NCBI GenBank assembly: GCA_951406725.2
Contig: OX597839.1
Location: 9,796,001 to 9,860,000, forward strand
DNA: 64,000 bases
Source: Octopus vulgaris
Taxonomy: Eukaryota
Direction: 5' to 3'
Part shown: positions 52,153 through 64,000 of the stretch, in pieces
Layout: each line of letters begins with the position of its first letter
Position numbering within the stretch: the stretch's first letter is position 1
Position numbers and translations under genes: made by a program
The notes under the pieces: generated by a model
Databases searched by the model: none
Told to the model about the DNA's origin: nothing
The model's input: only the letters and a program-made list of their open reading frames with translations

Positions 52153-52569
52153 TATATATACATACATATATGTATACACATATATGTATACATCATATAT
52201 ACCATAGGCGTGCAGTTCATCGAAGCAAGGGAAGCAATGCTTCCCTTAAAAATTATAGAAACAAAATTGAAACTATGTTACTTATTTTTCATGAGATCAT
52301 TCTTCTAATGTTCTGTGATATTAATATAAACTACATGACATCATAGGCTTCAGACTTTTATTGTTGGAATTAGCACGAGACAACAAGCAGTGACAGATGA
52401 CACAAAGAAATCTGTGCAAGGGAAGCAACACAACCTGTTGCATCCATTGCAGCATAATATCTTAACATTTTTTTTTCCAATAAAAATGCCACAAAGATAA
52501 TTGTTTTCTAGTAAGAGCAGATAATGAATAGTTTTAGATGCTAATAAATACTAATACGCTTAGATTAAG

Positions 52570-52885
52570 AGATCTCTCGTGGAAGCGCCATCCAACCAAA
52601 ATGCAAATATATGGGAAACTACCACCTGTGTCATCTCTTGTGAAAGGTAGGAGAGTCCAGTTTGCTGGACATTGTTGTAGAGCTGAAAACAAGGTAATTT
52701 CTACTCTTCTCCTCTAGAAGCCATCTACTCGCAATACCAGTGGGCGCACACTCTCCTACACTGATGTAATCTCCAGGGATACAGGCATCCAGCAACAGGA
52801 CCTCTGTAATGCTATGATGGACCGTGAAGTCTGGCGTAGCATGGTAAATTCCATTGTCTCGACCACGGTCGAACAATGATGATGA
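52570..52885 (+). mobile_element. 3' end of an RTE/RTE-X-type LINE with (TGA)n tail
   Basis: RRVQFAGHCCR...SYTDVISRDTG...MMDREVWRSMV...* followed by tgatgatga. Confidence 0.65.
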
Positions 52886-53114
52886 AGAGTTTCTGTCAAT
52901 TCACAATACCTATGATATATATAATCTTACATTGTTATGTAACACTTACATAGGAAAAGGGAAGCAAGTTGATGTTCTGCTTCCATCAGAAAAATGGTGA
53001 AAAGGTAACACACTCGTAGTTTTCTGCGTTTATTCAACATCAATATTTATTCAATATCAATATTTTATACTAAATCTCTGAATGAGGTATAAACAGTAAC
53101 TGCACGAAAATGTG

Positions 53115-53401
53115 AGGTATATTTGCCATCTCAATATGGCTAACCACTAAGGGTGGGTGTTACTGTAGCTTGTAGCCCCAGGAGAACATCTCCTCCAGCT
53201 GGCTATAGGCACACTTTCTGTGCCCTTATGGTATTTGCAAAGGGAGGTCATCCTTCCCTCGTTCACCTAAGTGATACGCACGGACTGCAGTTTCTGGGTA
53301 TTGACCCGTCATCAGTGTACAAAAATCACCGGTTTTCAATGAAAGGGGTCCCAATGCAAATACTTATATCCTTTTTCCAGTAACCTTCGTCACTGATCTT
53401 G
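53115..53401 (+). repeat. Unclassified ~285-bp dispersed repeat, second copy at 59955-60240
   Basis: ttgccatctcaatatggctaaccactaagggtgggtg...gtcactgatctt is present in both copies. Confidence 0.85.
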
Positions 53402-53728
53402 AAAAAGTGTATGCAATATTTTATACTTTTATACATATATATATATACACGCACACATATATTTACATATATATATATATATATACACACGCACACACCC
53501 CCCCAAACTGGTACTTAATGAACTCCAAAAATACAAAAGGCAAAGTTTACCTCCGTAGGATTTGAACTCAAGAGTGCAAATAACTGCAAGGCCTTGAAAA
53601 TTCAACCCTCTAATGACTGATACTTCATTTAACAAACTATTTCCCTCTCAACAACAGATTTGTGGCCTCATGAGTTGACATTCAGAAACATATGGGACAG
53701 TTTAACAGTCTCGCCTACAGATTGAACC

Positions 53729-54102
53729 AGGCGCAGGAGTGGCTGTGTGGTAAGTAGCTTGCTAACCAACCACACGGTTGCGGGTTCAGTCCCACTGCGT
53801 GGCATCTTGGGCAAGTGTCTTCTGCTATAGCCCCGGGCCGACCAATGCCTTGTGAGTGGATTTGGTAGACGGAAACTGAAAGAAGCCTGTCATATATATG
53901 TATATATATATATATGTATGTGTGTGTGATTGTGTGTCTGTGTTTGTCCCCCTAGCACTGCTTGACAACCGATGCTGGTGTGTTTACGTCCCCATCACTT
54001 AGCGGTTTGGCAAAAAGAGACCGATAGAATAAGTACTAAAAAGGTGGTGCTCCAGCATGGCCGCAGTCAAATGACTGAAACAAGTAAAAGAGTAAAAGAG
54101 TA
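53729..54102 (+). mobile_element. SINE family A
   Basis: Matches the consensus with an internal deletion. Confidence 0.85.
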
Positions 54103-54513
54103 GAGAAAGGGTTAAAAGACTGTCAGAGAAATGAAGTTATGACTGCTTAAATACTGGAGTAGAAGAGACAAAGACAAGCTCACATGTAAACATATTCATG
54201 CATAAGTACATACACTTGTGAATACAATTACAAAAAAGCCCGAATAGTGATGGATAAAGACAAACACACAAAGATTGAGACACACACACAAACATACATA
54301 CATACAGCAGAAAGACTTATTTAAAAAAAAAGAAAAAAGAAGAGATCAATGGTAAGGAAAGTAGAGTGAAGATGAGGGTCGGTCTAATAAGACCAACAGA
54401 GGAAGTAGTAGCAGCAACAATACCGCAACCGTTACAGTTTTTACTTTATCAAAAATTAGTCATTTAAGGGTTATGAGAATGTAAGATACACAATGAGTCA
54501 AAATTAGATCATT

Positions 54514-54558
<45 letters not shown>

Positions 54559-54629
54559 GTGTATGTATGTATATATAATGAATTCTCTTGTTGTAAACAA
54601 CAAATGAGGGTTCAGTAAAACAAAGCGTT

Positions 54630-55030
54630 AATTATATTCTATGGACATGAATGTATCATCTTGAAGCCTGCTGATGCCTTGCAAACCTTTTGGCAAATGG
54701 GACGAGTTGAGGATTCAGTTTGCTTGGGTGCTTGTGGATCATTTATTATTCGTTTTCTTGAGTGAACAGCAAGGCCTGCTTTGCTTCACGCCAGAAAAAC
54801 CACAATGACAAGTAAGGTGTCCATTTAGAGGAACAATATTTTACTAGTGTGCCTTCATGCTTCATGAAGTTGGTCCCGATGCTGGAATCAACTTTGCTCA
54901 AATTTTTTAACTGAGGATATCTTATGCTTAGTCAAGTGTGAAGGGCAGTGCCCATGGTCTTTAACAGGGTCTCTGAGACTGCTTCAAACCGAGAGGACTC
55001 TGCTTAGGTACCTAAGGTGCCAGGGGGTTG
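54630..55030 (-). mobile_element. Decayed LINE 3' end with C2H2-like zinc fingers
   Basis: Manual minus-strand reading gives VKKFEQS, CHCGF..SKAGLAVH and PICQKVCKASAGFK, typical of RTE C-termini. Confidence 0.4.
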
Positions 55031-55261
55031 TGTTAAAGTGGGTGACAGATGAAGTCAGTCTACCACTCAAGTAGGCCATGGTAGGATTTAAACTCAGCTG
55101 GTGAAGATTCTGCCTGGGGTTAAACTAGTAGTAACATTGAACAGCTGCTTTGATGTGATGAATGTCTTTACTTGTTAGTATAGTTACTACTCTGATCTCT
55201 TCTTGAGATTTTACCACTAGCTATTTTGATTGTTGCAAATCAGTGACCAATGGTTGCTTTA

Positions 55262-55655
55262 TTCTTTTATTCTTTTACTTGTTTCAGTCATTTGACTGTG
55301 GCCATGCTGGAGCACCACCTTTAGTCAAGCAAATCAACTCCAGAGCTAATTCTTTGTAAGCCTAGTACTTATTCTATCGGTCTCTTTTGCTGAACCGCTA
55401 AGTTATGGGGACATAAACACACCAACATCGATTGTCAAGAGATGTTGGAGGGACAAACACAGACACACACATACACATATATATATATATATACGACAGG
55501 CTTCTTCCAGTTTCCATCTACCAAATCCACTCACAAGGCTTTGGTCGGCCTGAGGCTATAGAAGACACTTGCCCAAGGTGCCACGCAGTGGGACTGAAAC
55601 CATGACCATGTGGTTGGTAAGCAAGCTACTTACCACACAGCCACTCCTGCACCTA
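55262..55655 (-). mobile_element. SINE family A
   Basis: Reverse complement of the consensus. Confidence 0.85.
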
Positions 55656-55713
55656 TTTACAATATATTGTTAGTTGAAGCGAACTCTGGCTATCGCTCTG
55701 GTGGACAGGTGCT

Positions 55714-55755
55714 CACGACTGAGGATGAGCCAAACGGCTCGAAACTGTGTCAGTC
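55714..55755 (+). ncRNA. Minimal hammerhead-like motif
   Basis: GA CTGAGGA T GAGCC aaac GGCTC GAAAC tgt GTC AGTC. Perfect 5-bp stem II and a GUC triplet, but a poor stem I. Confidence 0.5.
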
Positions 55756-56980
55756 TCATGATCCTGTTACCTGCTAGAGGCTGGTAGGTGTTCCCCTGCT
55801 ATGGAGTTGTTGGCGTTAGTAAGGGCATCCAGCTGTAGAAACTCTGCCAAATCAAGATTGGAGCCTGGTGCAACCATCTGGTTCACCAGTCCTCAGTCAA
55901 AATCGTCCAACTCATACTAGCATGGAAAGCAGACGTTAAACGATGATGATGATGATGAAAGGGTGCAGAGTTGCACCAATAACCAGCTGGTGGAGAATCT
56001 GCCTGGGGTTAAACTAGTAGTAACATGGAACAGCCACTTTGATGTGGTGACTGGCTTTACTTTTTATATTAAAAAACTAGAACTTAAAAATAACTTTCAA
56101 AAGTAGTAGACATGTTTTCGACTTGAACAACCAATTATAGCTAAAAGAATGAGGGTGCTACACTGACAGATAAACTTTATAATACCTCCACGCCTCCACA
56201 CAGATGACTCAGCCACAAATGTTCAATTGTAAAAGATCTGCAGTGCCCAACCAGGTTGGGTGTTGGAGATAATGTAGGATAATAGAGTAGAAACAGGGAT
56301 GATGTAGGGGCGAGGGAGAAGTCTGTAGGAGAGAAGGGATAGGGAAGAGTAGAGTTGGGGAGAGAAAGTGAAAGAGAACTAGAGAAGGGTTAGTGGTGGG
56401 AGAGAGTGGAGTGCAGCGAAAAAGGGAACAGAGAAGAGTGGTAGTGAGTGACAGAGGAGGAGGAAGAGAGGAGACCGAAGTGGGGGAGATAGAAAAGGAG
56501 TGAAATGTATGGGAGGAGAACAGGGGTGAGAGAGGACTAAGAGAGAAAATGATAGAAGTCGGAAGTGAGAGGGTTGAGATGAGGAAAAAAAAGAAGCAGG
56601 TCTGAAAGTAGATAGATGAGAAGACAGTCATTTTGTATGATAACTTAGTGATTCTGATATCTCACAGTCCTTAACTGTAATAAAAGTAATTTCTAATTTC
56701 GGCACAAAGCCTACAGTCTTGAGGAATAGGGTTGGTCAATGACATCAACCTCTTAGGAATCGATTTGCATGTTATTCAGATGAAAGGTAAAGTTGATCTC
56801 AGAAGGATTTAAACTCAGAATACGAAGAGCTAGAATAAGCACCAAGGCATTTTGTCCAACACTAACCCTAACAGTTCTGCCTATCCACTTCCATAATAAG
56901 GTTTCTAGTATAGGCATAAAGCCTGAATTTTATTGGGGAGAGTGAATTACATTGCAGTAAGTCCTTGACTGGCACTTTAT

Positions 56981-57501
56981 TTAACCCTTTCATTACTGTA
57001 TTTATTTTGAGGTGTTCTGTATTTCTTTCAATTTCTTTAAATATAACAGAGAATTTAGTAAAATAACTTAGTTATCATTCAGCCAGTGAATATAAATTGT
57101 GACAAAAAAAAAAAAAAAGTACATATGCCAAAGCAAACAGTAGAGTTTGGTGCAATCCTCTGGCTAACCAACTATTATCAAACTGTACACTATGCCAGCA
57201 TGGAAAGCAGACTTTAAATGATGATAGTGATGATGATGATGATAAGGACAAAAAAAAACAACAGTAGGGAGTTATATAGAATTGAGTAAAACATATGAAA
57301 AACAACAGTGTAAAAGGAATAAACAGCCCTTGTAGGCCCAAGCAGGAAATTCCAGATCAGTATCTGAAAATAGGCCCATTCACTTGGGCCATACCTATCT
57401 CTCTCAACCATCTTTCAGTTTTAATTTAAAACTTATGAAAATAAGATATTTGTACCCAGAACCAGAGCCGGTTTCAGCCGGGTTGGTAACGAAAGGGTTA
57501 A
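56981..57501 (+). mobile_element. piggyBac-type MITE family 1 carrying a ~315-bp insert
   Basis: MITE ends are intact; 57103-57419 duplicates 58922-59229. Confidence 0.85.
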
Positions 57502-57717
57502 TTGGTCCCAAAAGGGTGAAAGGCAAAATTAAATGTGTAGGATTTGCACTCAGATCATAAAGAACTGAGACAAATACTGCCAAGTAGTTTTTCCCAATGT
57601 TCCAACAATTCCGGTAATCTACTACCTTTATCTATACTATAATGAAGAAAGCTGCTTATTAATTAGGTATGTAAAAATTGCTAAAAGTACTAAAAGAAAG
57701 TAATTATTAAAGAGTTG

Positions 57718-58100
57718 ACTCTCTCTTTTACTCTTTTATTTGTTTCAGTCATTTGACTGCGGCCATGCTGGAGCACAGCCTTCAGTCGAGCAAATCGACC
57801 CCAGGACTTATTCTTTGTAAGCCTAGTACTTATTCTATCGGTCTCTTTTGCCAAACCACTAAGTGACGGGGACATAAACATACCAGCATTGGTTGTCAAG
57901 CAATGCTAGGGAGACAAACATAGACACACAAACATATATACACACATACATATATATATACATATATACGACGGGCTTCTTTCAGTTTCCATCTACCAAA
58001 TCCACTCACAAGGCTTTGGTCAGCCTGAGGGTATAGTAGAAGACACTGCAACCATGTGGTTCGTAAGCAAGCTACTTATCACACAGCCACTCCTATGCCT
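57718..58100 (-). mobile_element. SINE family A
   Basis: Reverse complement of the consensus. Confidence 0.85.
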
Positions 58101-58732
58101 AATAACAATAATGGTTTCAAATTTTGGCAGAAGACCAGCAATTTTAGGGAAAGAAGTAAGTTAACATCATCTCCAGTGTTCAACTAGTACTTAATTCATC
58201 AACTCCAAAAGGATGAAAGATACAGTTGACTTCAGAGTCATTTGAATTCAGAACGTAAAGACAGATGAAATGCCATGCTAATGGTTCTGCCAGAACACCT
58301 CCTTGATGATAATGATGATGATGACAGTGATGACAATAATGATGGTTTTTAAATTTTGGCACAAGGCCAGCAATTTTGAGGCAGGGGACTACTCATTTAC
58401 ATTGACTCCAGTGCTCAAACTGTAATTATTTTATCAACCCCAAAAGGATGAAAGGCAAAGTCAACCTCAGTAAAATTCGAACTCATGATGTAATGATGGA
58501 TGAAATACCATTAAACATTTTGTCTGGCATCTTACAAACTAGCCAGCCCACAATAATAATAATAATAATAATAATAATTAATTCGTTTATTGACCACAAG
58601 GGCTGACAAAAATTAATTAAAACATAAAGGGACAAAACACAAGACGAAAGTTACAAAGGGTTTTGTCCGTTTGCAAAAACCCATGTAAAAATTCCAGAGA
58701 AAACAACGAAAATATAACAATTGAAATTCCCA

Positions 58733-58765
<33 letters not shown>

Positions 58766-59479
58766 TAATCCTTTCTTCTATAGGCACAAGACCTGAAATT
58801 TTGGAGGAGGGGTGGTTGATTTCATCAACCCCAGTACTCAGCTGGTACTTGGTTGCTGTGACCTGGGTTGGAACTCAGCCATAAAAAAAAAAAAAATCAA
58901 GAGAAAAATTTTTAGTTTGTAACAAAAAAAAAAAGAAAAAAGTACATATGCCAAAGCAAACAGTAGAGTTTGGTGCAATCCTCTGGCTAACCAACTCTTA
59001 TCAAACTGTACACTATGCCAGCATGGGAAGCAGACTTTAAATGATGATGATGATAAGGACAAGAAAAACAACAGTAGGGATTTATATAGAATTGAATAAA
59101 ACATATGAAAAACAACAGTGTAAAAGGAATAAACAGCCCTTGTAGGCCTAAGCAGGAAATTCCAGATCAGTATCTGAAAATAGGCCCATTCACTTGGGCC
59201 ATACCTATCTCTCTCAACCATCTTTCAGTAAATTCACTGGATGGAGGTAGTGCACTCATTTTCACCCTCACCTTCCTCTTCAAGTAGAACTTGAAGTTGA
59301 TAAGAGCTTGACCAAAATTAGTTGTTATCTATTTTGCTGTTACGTCAGTCTAATTAATGTAAAAGGAAATTGAGATACCGAAATGCGGATGGACCACAGA
59401 ATTCTAGTTTCTAGTACAAACTAGAATACAGAATTCTAGTTTGTACTTGGGAAGAGTACCACAGAATTCTAGTTTCTTT

Positions 59480-59925
59480 CTTTTACTCTCTTTTACTCTT
59501 TTACTTGTTTCAGTCTGCGGCCATGCTGGAGCACCGCCTTTAGTTGAGCAAATCGACCCCGGGATTTATTTTTTGTAAGCCCAGTACTTATTCTATTGGT
59601 CTCTTTTGCTGAACCGCTAAGTGACGGGGACATAAACACACCAGCATCGGTTGTCAAGCAATGCTAGGGGGACATAAACACACCAGCATCGGTTGTCAAG
59701 CAATGCTAGGGGGACAAACACACACACACTTATATATATATATATATATATACATATATATGACAGGCTTCTTTCAGTTTTCCGTCTACCAAATCCACTC
59801 ACAAGGCATTGGTCGGCCCGGGGCTATAGCAGAAGACACTTGCCCAAGATGCCACGCAGTGGGACTGAACCCGGAACCATGTGGTTGGTTAGCAAGCTAC
59901 TTACCACACAGCCACTTCTGCGCCT
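59480..59925 (-). mobile_element. SINE family A with an internal ~42-bp tandem duplication
   Basis: gacataaacacaccagcatcggttgtcaagcaatgctaggggg occurs twice (59629-59713). Confidence 0.85.
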
Positions 59926-60699
59926 TTGTTTTTTTTTTAATAATATTTTTGTTAGGTATACTTGCCATCTCAATATGGCTAACCACTAAGGGTGGGTGTT
60001 ACTGTAGCTTATAGCCCCAGGAGAACATCTCCTCCAGCTGGCTTTAGGCACACTTTCTGTGCCCTTTCGGTATTTGCAAAGGGAGGTCATCCTTCCCTCG
60101 TCAACCTAAGTGATACGCACGGACTGCAGTTTCTGGGTCTTGACCCGTCATCAGCGTACAACAATCACCGGTTTTTGATGAAAGGAGTTCCCAATGCAAA
60201 TACTAAGATCCTTTTTCCAGTAACTATTTGTCACTGATCTTATACCTCGTTTAGAGGTTTATAATATTTTTGTTGTTTTGGTAAAATCTCAGAAAATAAT
60301 TTAAAAATTCACATTCTTTGTCAAATTATTCTGTTGTATTTGTCTATCTATGCAACTGTAAACATTTTAAATATTTCACTAACTTTTTGTTATAACTTGG
60401 CAAAAGGGTGCGTATCTAGGGAGTGGAAGGAGAACTGTGTTCTGGGGGGAGCTTGTGACGAGTACAGATGAGAGTTTGTTTGATAAATCTAACAGTATAC
60501 TTTTGTGCAATGCCTGTTGTTTCTGTGATCTACAAATACCAGTTTGTGTGTGTGTGCCTGTGTATGTGAGTGAATGAGTGAGTGAGTGTGAGTGAGTGTA
60601 TAATTGTATACAGCTATATATTTTATAATGTTATGCAGTGAGAAATAGAAGATTAGGACTTCAACCAATCTGAACACAAACCACCAACCACCACTACCT

Positions 60700-60805
60700 A
60701 TCACCATTAGCTCCACTATCCCCACCACCACCACCACCATTAGCTCCACTGTCCCCACCACCACCATCATTAGCTCTACTGTTCCCACCACCACTACCAC
60801 CACTT
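60700..60805. repeat. Three ~30-bp units accaccaccattagctccact
   Basis: Direct reading. Confidence 0.8.
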
Positions 60806-61056
60806 CATAAACAGCCTATCTAGTTATATGTAGCAGAACAGATTTGTTAGTGTTTTGGGAAGGTCAAAGTATTTTAGACATGAAAAGTGTGTGAAGTAAG
60901 TTCCTGTGTCGGTTTCAGTATTTCAGGCAGAGCTCAGGACTTGTGGTAGGCTGACTACCACAAGAATTATTTAAAAATGGCTGCCACATGTGGTGTGTGA
61001 GGATAACTGACATAAATGACATGTGAGGATGGTGGCCACAAACGATATGCAAGATC

Positions 61057-61288
61057 AGGTGGCGAGCTGGCAGAAACGTTAGCACATCGGGCGAAATGCT
61101 TAGCGGTATTGCATCTGTCGTTGCGTTCTGAGTTCAAATTCCGCCGAGGTCGACTTTGCCTTTCATCCTTTCAGGGTCGATAAATTAAGTACCAGTTACG
61201 CACACTGGGGTCGATGTAATCGACTTAATACCTATGTCTGTCCTTGTTTGTCCCCTGTGTTTAGCCCCTTGTGGGCAATAAAGAAACA
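61057..61288 (+). mobile_element. SINE family B with TSD gatatgcaagat
   Basis: Family consensus plus the flanking direct repeat. Confidence 0.85.
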
Positions 61289-62144
61289 GATATGCAAGAT
61301 TAGCTGCAACAAATGACATGTAAGAGACTTAGCAGCCTATCATACTCAACAGCAAAGCTCCCTGTTGCATCTAATATGTAAAGCTAGCACCAACATTTAA
61401 TAAAGAAGTTAGCTATTACATCTAGCAAAGTAGGCTTGCTGCTATATTTAGCAAGTCAAATGATTCCATAGCAGAAAAGCAAACAAACAAAGCTTTCCCC
61501 TTTTTTAAACTTCGACTCATTTGATTGGCTGATGGAAAAACAGCAAGTGGGTGAGAGGGAGGAGAGATACATAAAGACGAAGAAAAGAAAAAAGTCTTGA
61601 GTGGATGGTCTGAGCTGTGGTAGAGGATGTATTTTCCTAAGTGGTTTTACTAACAAGTTTTGAGATCAAAAACTGGTGAGCTAGAGAACAGGGAGCTGAA
61701 GGAGGAAGGGATCAACCAGTTTATATAAACAGTTTAATAAGATGATAGTTTGTTATCACAACTCCTGTTGGCAATAATGATGGTTGTACCATTATGCTTA
61801 ATGATGAGTGTGTTCAAAATCACCGCCTATTATGGTGTTTCATAAGGAACTGAGTCCTTGATAAAAGTGTTCTGTGAGGTTCTTACCATTGTACACTAGC
61901 TATGAGTTGTGCATTTATGTGTATGTTTACACACACACACACACACACACATTTATATAAGTAAACATTAGATTAGTTCAAATGCTGGTGTGTTTATGTC
62001 CCTGTAACCTAGTGGTTTGGCAAAAGAGACCGATAGAATAAGTACTAGGCTTACAAAGAATGTGCTGGGGTTGATTAACTCGACTACAGGCGGTGCTCCA
62101 GCATGGTCGCAGTCAAGTGACAAGCAAGTAAAAGAATAAAAGAA

Positions 62145-64000
62145 TATCAGGAATCACTGCTGAGATGATTAAAATATCCAGCAGTATAGGATACAACCTA
62201 GTCACCTGTGTAATTAATTGGGTTATTCAGGAAGGTGTCATCCCCAACGATTGGTGTAGTAGTATTATAGCTAGGTGCTACAAAGGTAAAGGTGATACCT
62301 TAGATAGAAATACCTACAGAGGTATCAAACTGCCGGACCAGGTCGTAAAAGTTACTGGAAGAGCTATAGCTCAATTGATTAGGAATAGAATTAACCCTTT
62401 TGATACCAACCCGGCCAAAACCACCTCTGGCTCAGTGGTACAAATGTCTTACTTTCATAAGTACTGAATTAAAATCTTCCACCAAACTTTAGTCACAATT
62501 TATGTTCCCAACACTAGCTTAATGAAAACTAAGTTCTTTTACTAAATTCTTTGTTATATTTAAAATTAATTGAATGAAACACAGAGCATCTCAACAGAAA
62601 TACAGTAATGAAAGAGTTAAACTAGATAAGATGCAGTTTGGTTTTGTACTTTGGAAGAGTACCACAGTTACCATCTTCCTAGTAAGACCACAGCAGGAAA
62701 AGTATGTGGCCAAGAGTAAACCACTGTACTTGGTTTTCATCGACCTGGAGAAAGCTTTTGACAAAGTTCCTTGCTCTGTTATCTGGTTGTCTCTAAAAAA
62801 GTTCGGAGTAGAGGAGTAGCTTGTTAGAGCTAAGTTAAGTTAATTTTTTGGCTCAAAAAGCAAAAAGCAAGGCCATGTAGAGGGACATGGAGTTATGTAC
62901 AGGGAGGGTGTTCATGCAAAGAGTTCAAGCCATTTCTGGTCAAGAGAGACTTTGAACCAAGCGGTCGTCAGCATCTTTGTACAAGCCATGTACAGTGATT
63001 CTGCTAGGAAGGTGAGTCAGCCATGAATACAGTGATGAATTTAGCATAAAAGTAGGGGTCCACTAGAGCTCAGATTTCAGTTCACTCTTATTCATCATAG
63101 TCCTCCAGGCCATAACAGAGGAATTCAAAACTGGATGTCTGTGGGAATTACTATACGCTGATGACCATGTTCTTACTGCAGAATCTGTAGCAGAACAGGA
63201 AAAGAAATTCCAAGTATGAAAGCAAAACCTGGAATCAAAGGCCCTTAAAGTTAACCTAGCTAAGACCAAAGTTGTTGTTAACAAGAAAGCAGATAAGACT
63301 AATTCCATCAGGTGGATGACCCTGTTCAATCTGTAAGAAAGGAGTTGGAAGTAATTCCATTTGCTGTACCAAATGTAAGCTATAGATACATAAGAGATGC
63401 AGTGGAATCACAGGTAGATTAACAGATAAGGTCATCTTTGTGTGTGGCAGATGTGCAGGAACAATAAGCACTAAGAGCACATGGGACTTAGACTCTCTCA
63501 AATGTCCAGGAGGATCTCTCAAGATAGCAGATAGTTTCTGTTACCTAGGTGAACTGGCTTCCGTGCCAGTGGGCATGTAAAAGGGCACCATTCGAGCGTG
63601 ATCGTGACCAAAGTCGCTTTCTGGCACCCGTGCTGGTGGCATGCATAAAAGGATTCGAGCGAGGTCGTTGCCAGTACGGCCTGACTGGCCCCCGTGCCTG
63701 TGGCACGTAAAAAGCACCCACTACACTCTCGGAGTGGTTGGCGTTAGGAAGGGCATCCAGCTGTAGAAACTCTGCCAAATCAAGACTGGAGCCTGGTGCA
63801 GCCATCTGGTTCGCCAACGCTCAGTCAAAATCGTCCAACCCATGCTAGCATGGAAAGCGGACGTTAAACAACGATGATGATGATGATGAGGTGATCAAAT
63901 TAGCAATAGGAGTGGATGCTCTGAAAGTATTATGTCTAGAATATGTATAAGATGGAAGTTCAGAGAGATACTAACTCCGTTGGCAACAAAGGACACTCGT
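62145..64000 (+). mobile_element. RTE-clade LINE relic, reverse transcriptase with Cys-rich finger, nested insertions
   Basis: YKGKGD...YRGIKL, MQFGF, FIDLEKAFDKVP, LLYADD, KVNLAKTK, CSICKKGVGSNSICCTKC...HKRC...CGRC, FCYLGD. Interrupted at 62391-62620, ~62833-62975 and 63553-63889. Confidence 0.9.
62391..62620 (-). mobile_element. piggyBac-type MITE family 1 inside the RTE RT
   Basis: TTAA ends; the RT reading resumes after removal (NRI|KLDKMQFGF). Confidence 0.85.

Noticed and set aside
56209-56631. 140-aa Ser/Leu/Pro-rich ORF
   Set aside because: Reverse complement of a purine-rich low-complexity tract, with no splice or domain support.

Overview
Eukaryotic, AT-rich and repeat-dense DNA. 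The SINE and MITE families and the (TA/TG)n load look like Octopus or another coleoid cephalopod (recognised from memory, not verified). The only clear host coding sequence is a 524-bp minus-strand exon (8236-8759) encoding the PDZ region of myosin-XVIII (MYO18A-like). There are candidate small exons, the best being a 27-nt microexon at 5858-5884. The rest appears intronic and is filled with several SINE families, piggyBac/pogo/hAT MITEs, a Helitron-like element, and decayed mariner (x2), rosa, maT, piggyBac, Sola, RTE and Penelope relics. The most interesting signal is a set of hammerhead-ribozyme motifs. One is a complete type I hammerhead (44584-44645) in a ~460-bp non-coding element sitting in a TA microsatellite. 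A tRNA-headed SINE carries a minimal hammerhead (3 copies, two forming a 450-bp foldback). Further Penelope-type hammerhead remnants occur, one pair inside a 710-bp palindrome. Several short locally templated insertions or duplications are also visible. Coordinates were read by eye, so repeat boundaries are approximate. Family names come from recalled motifs, not from searches.
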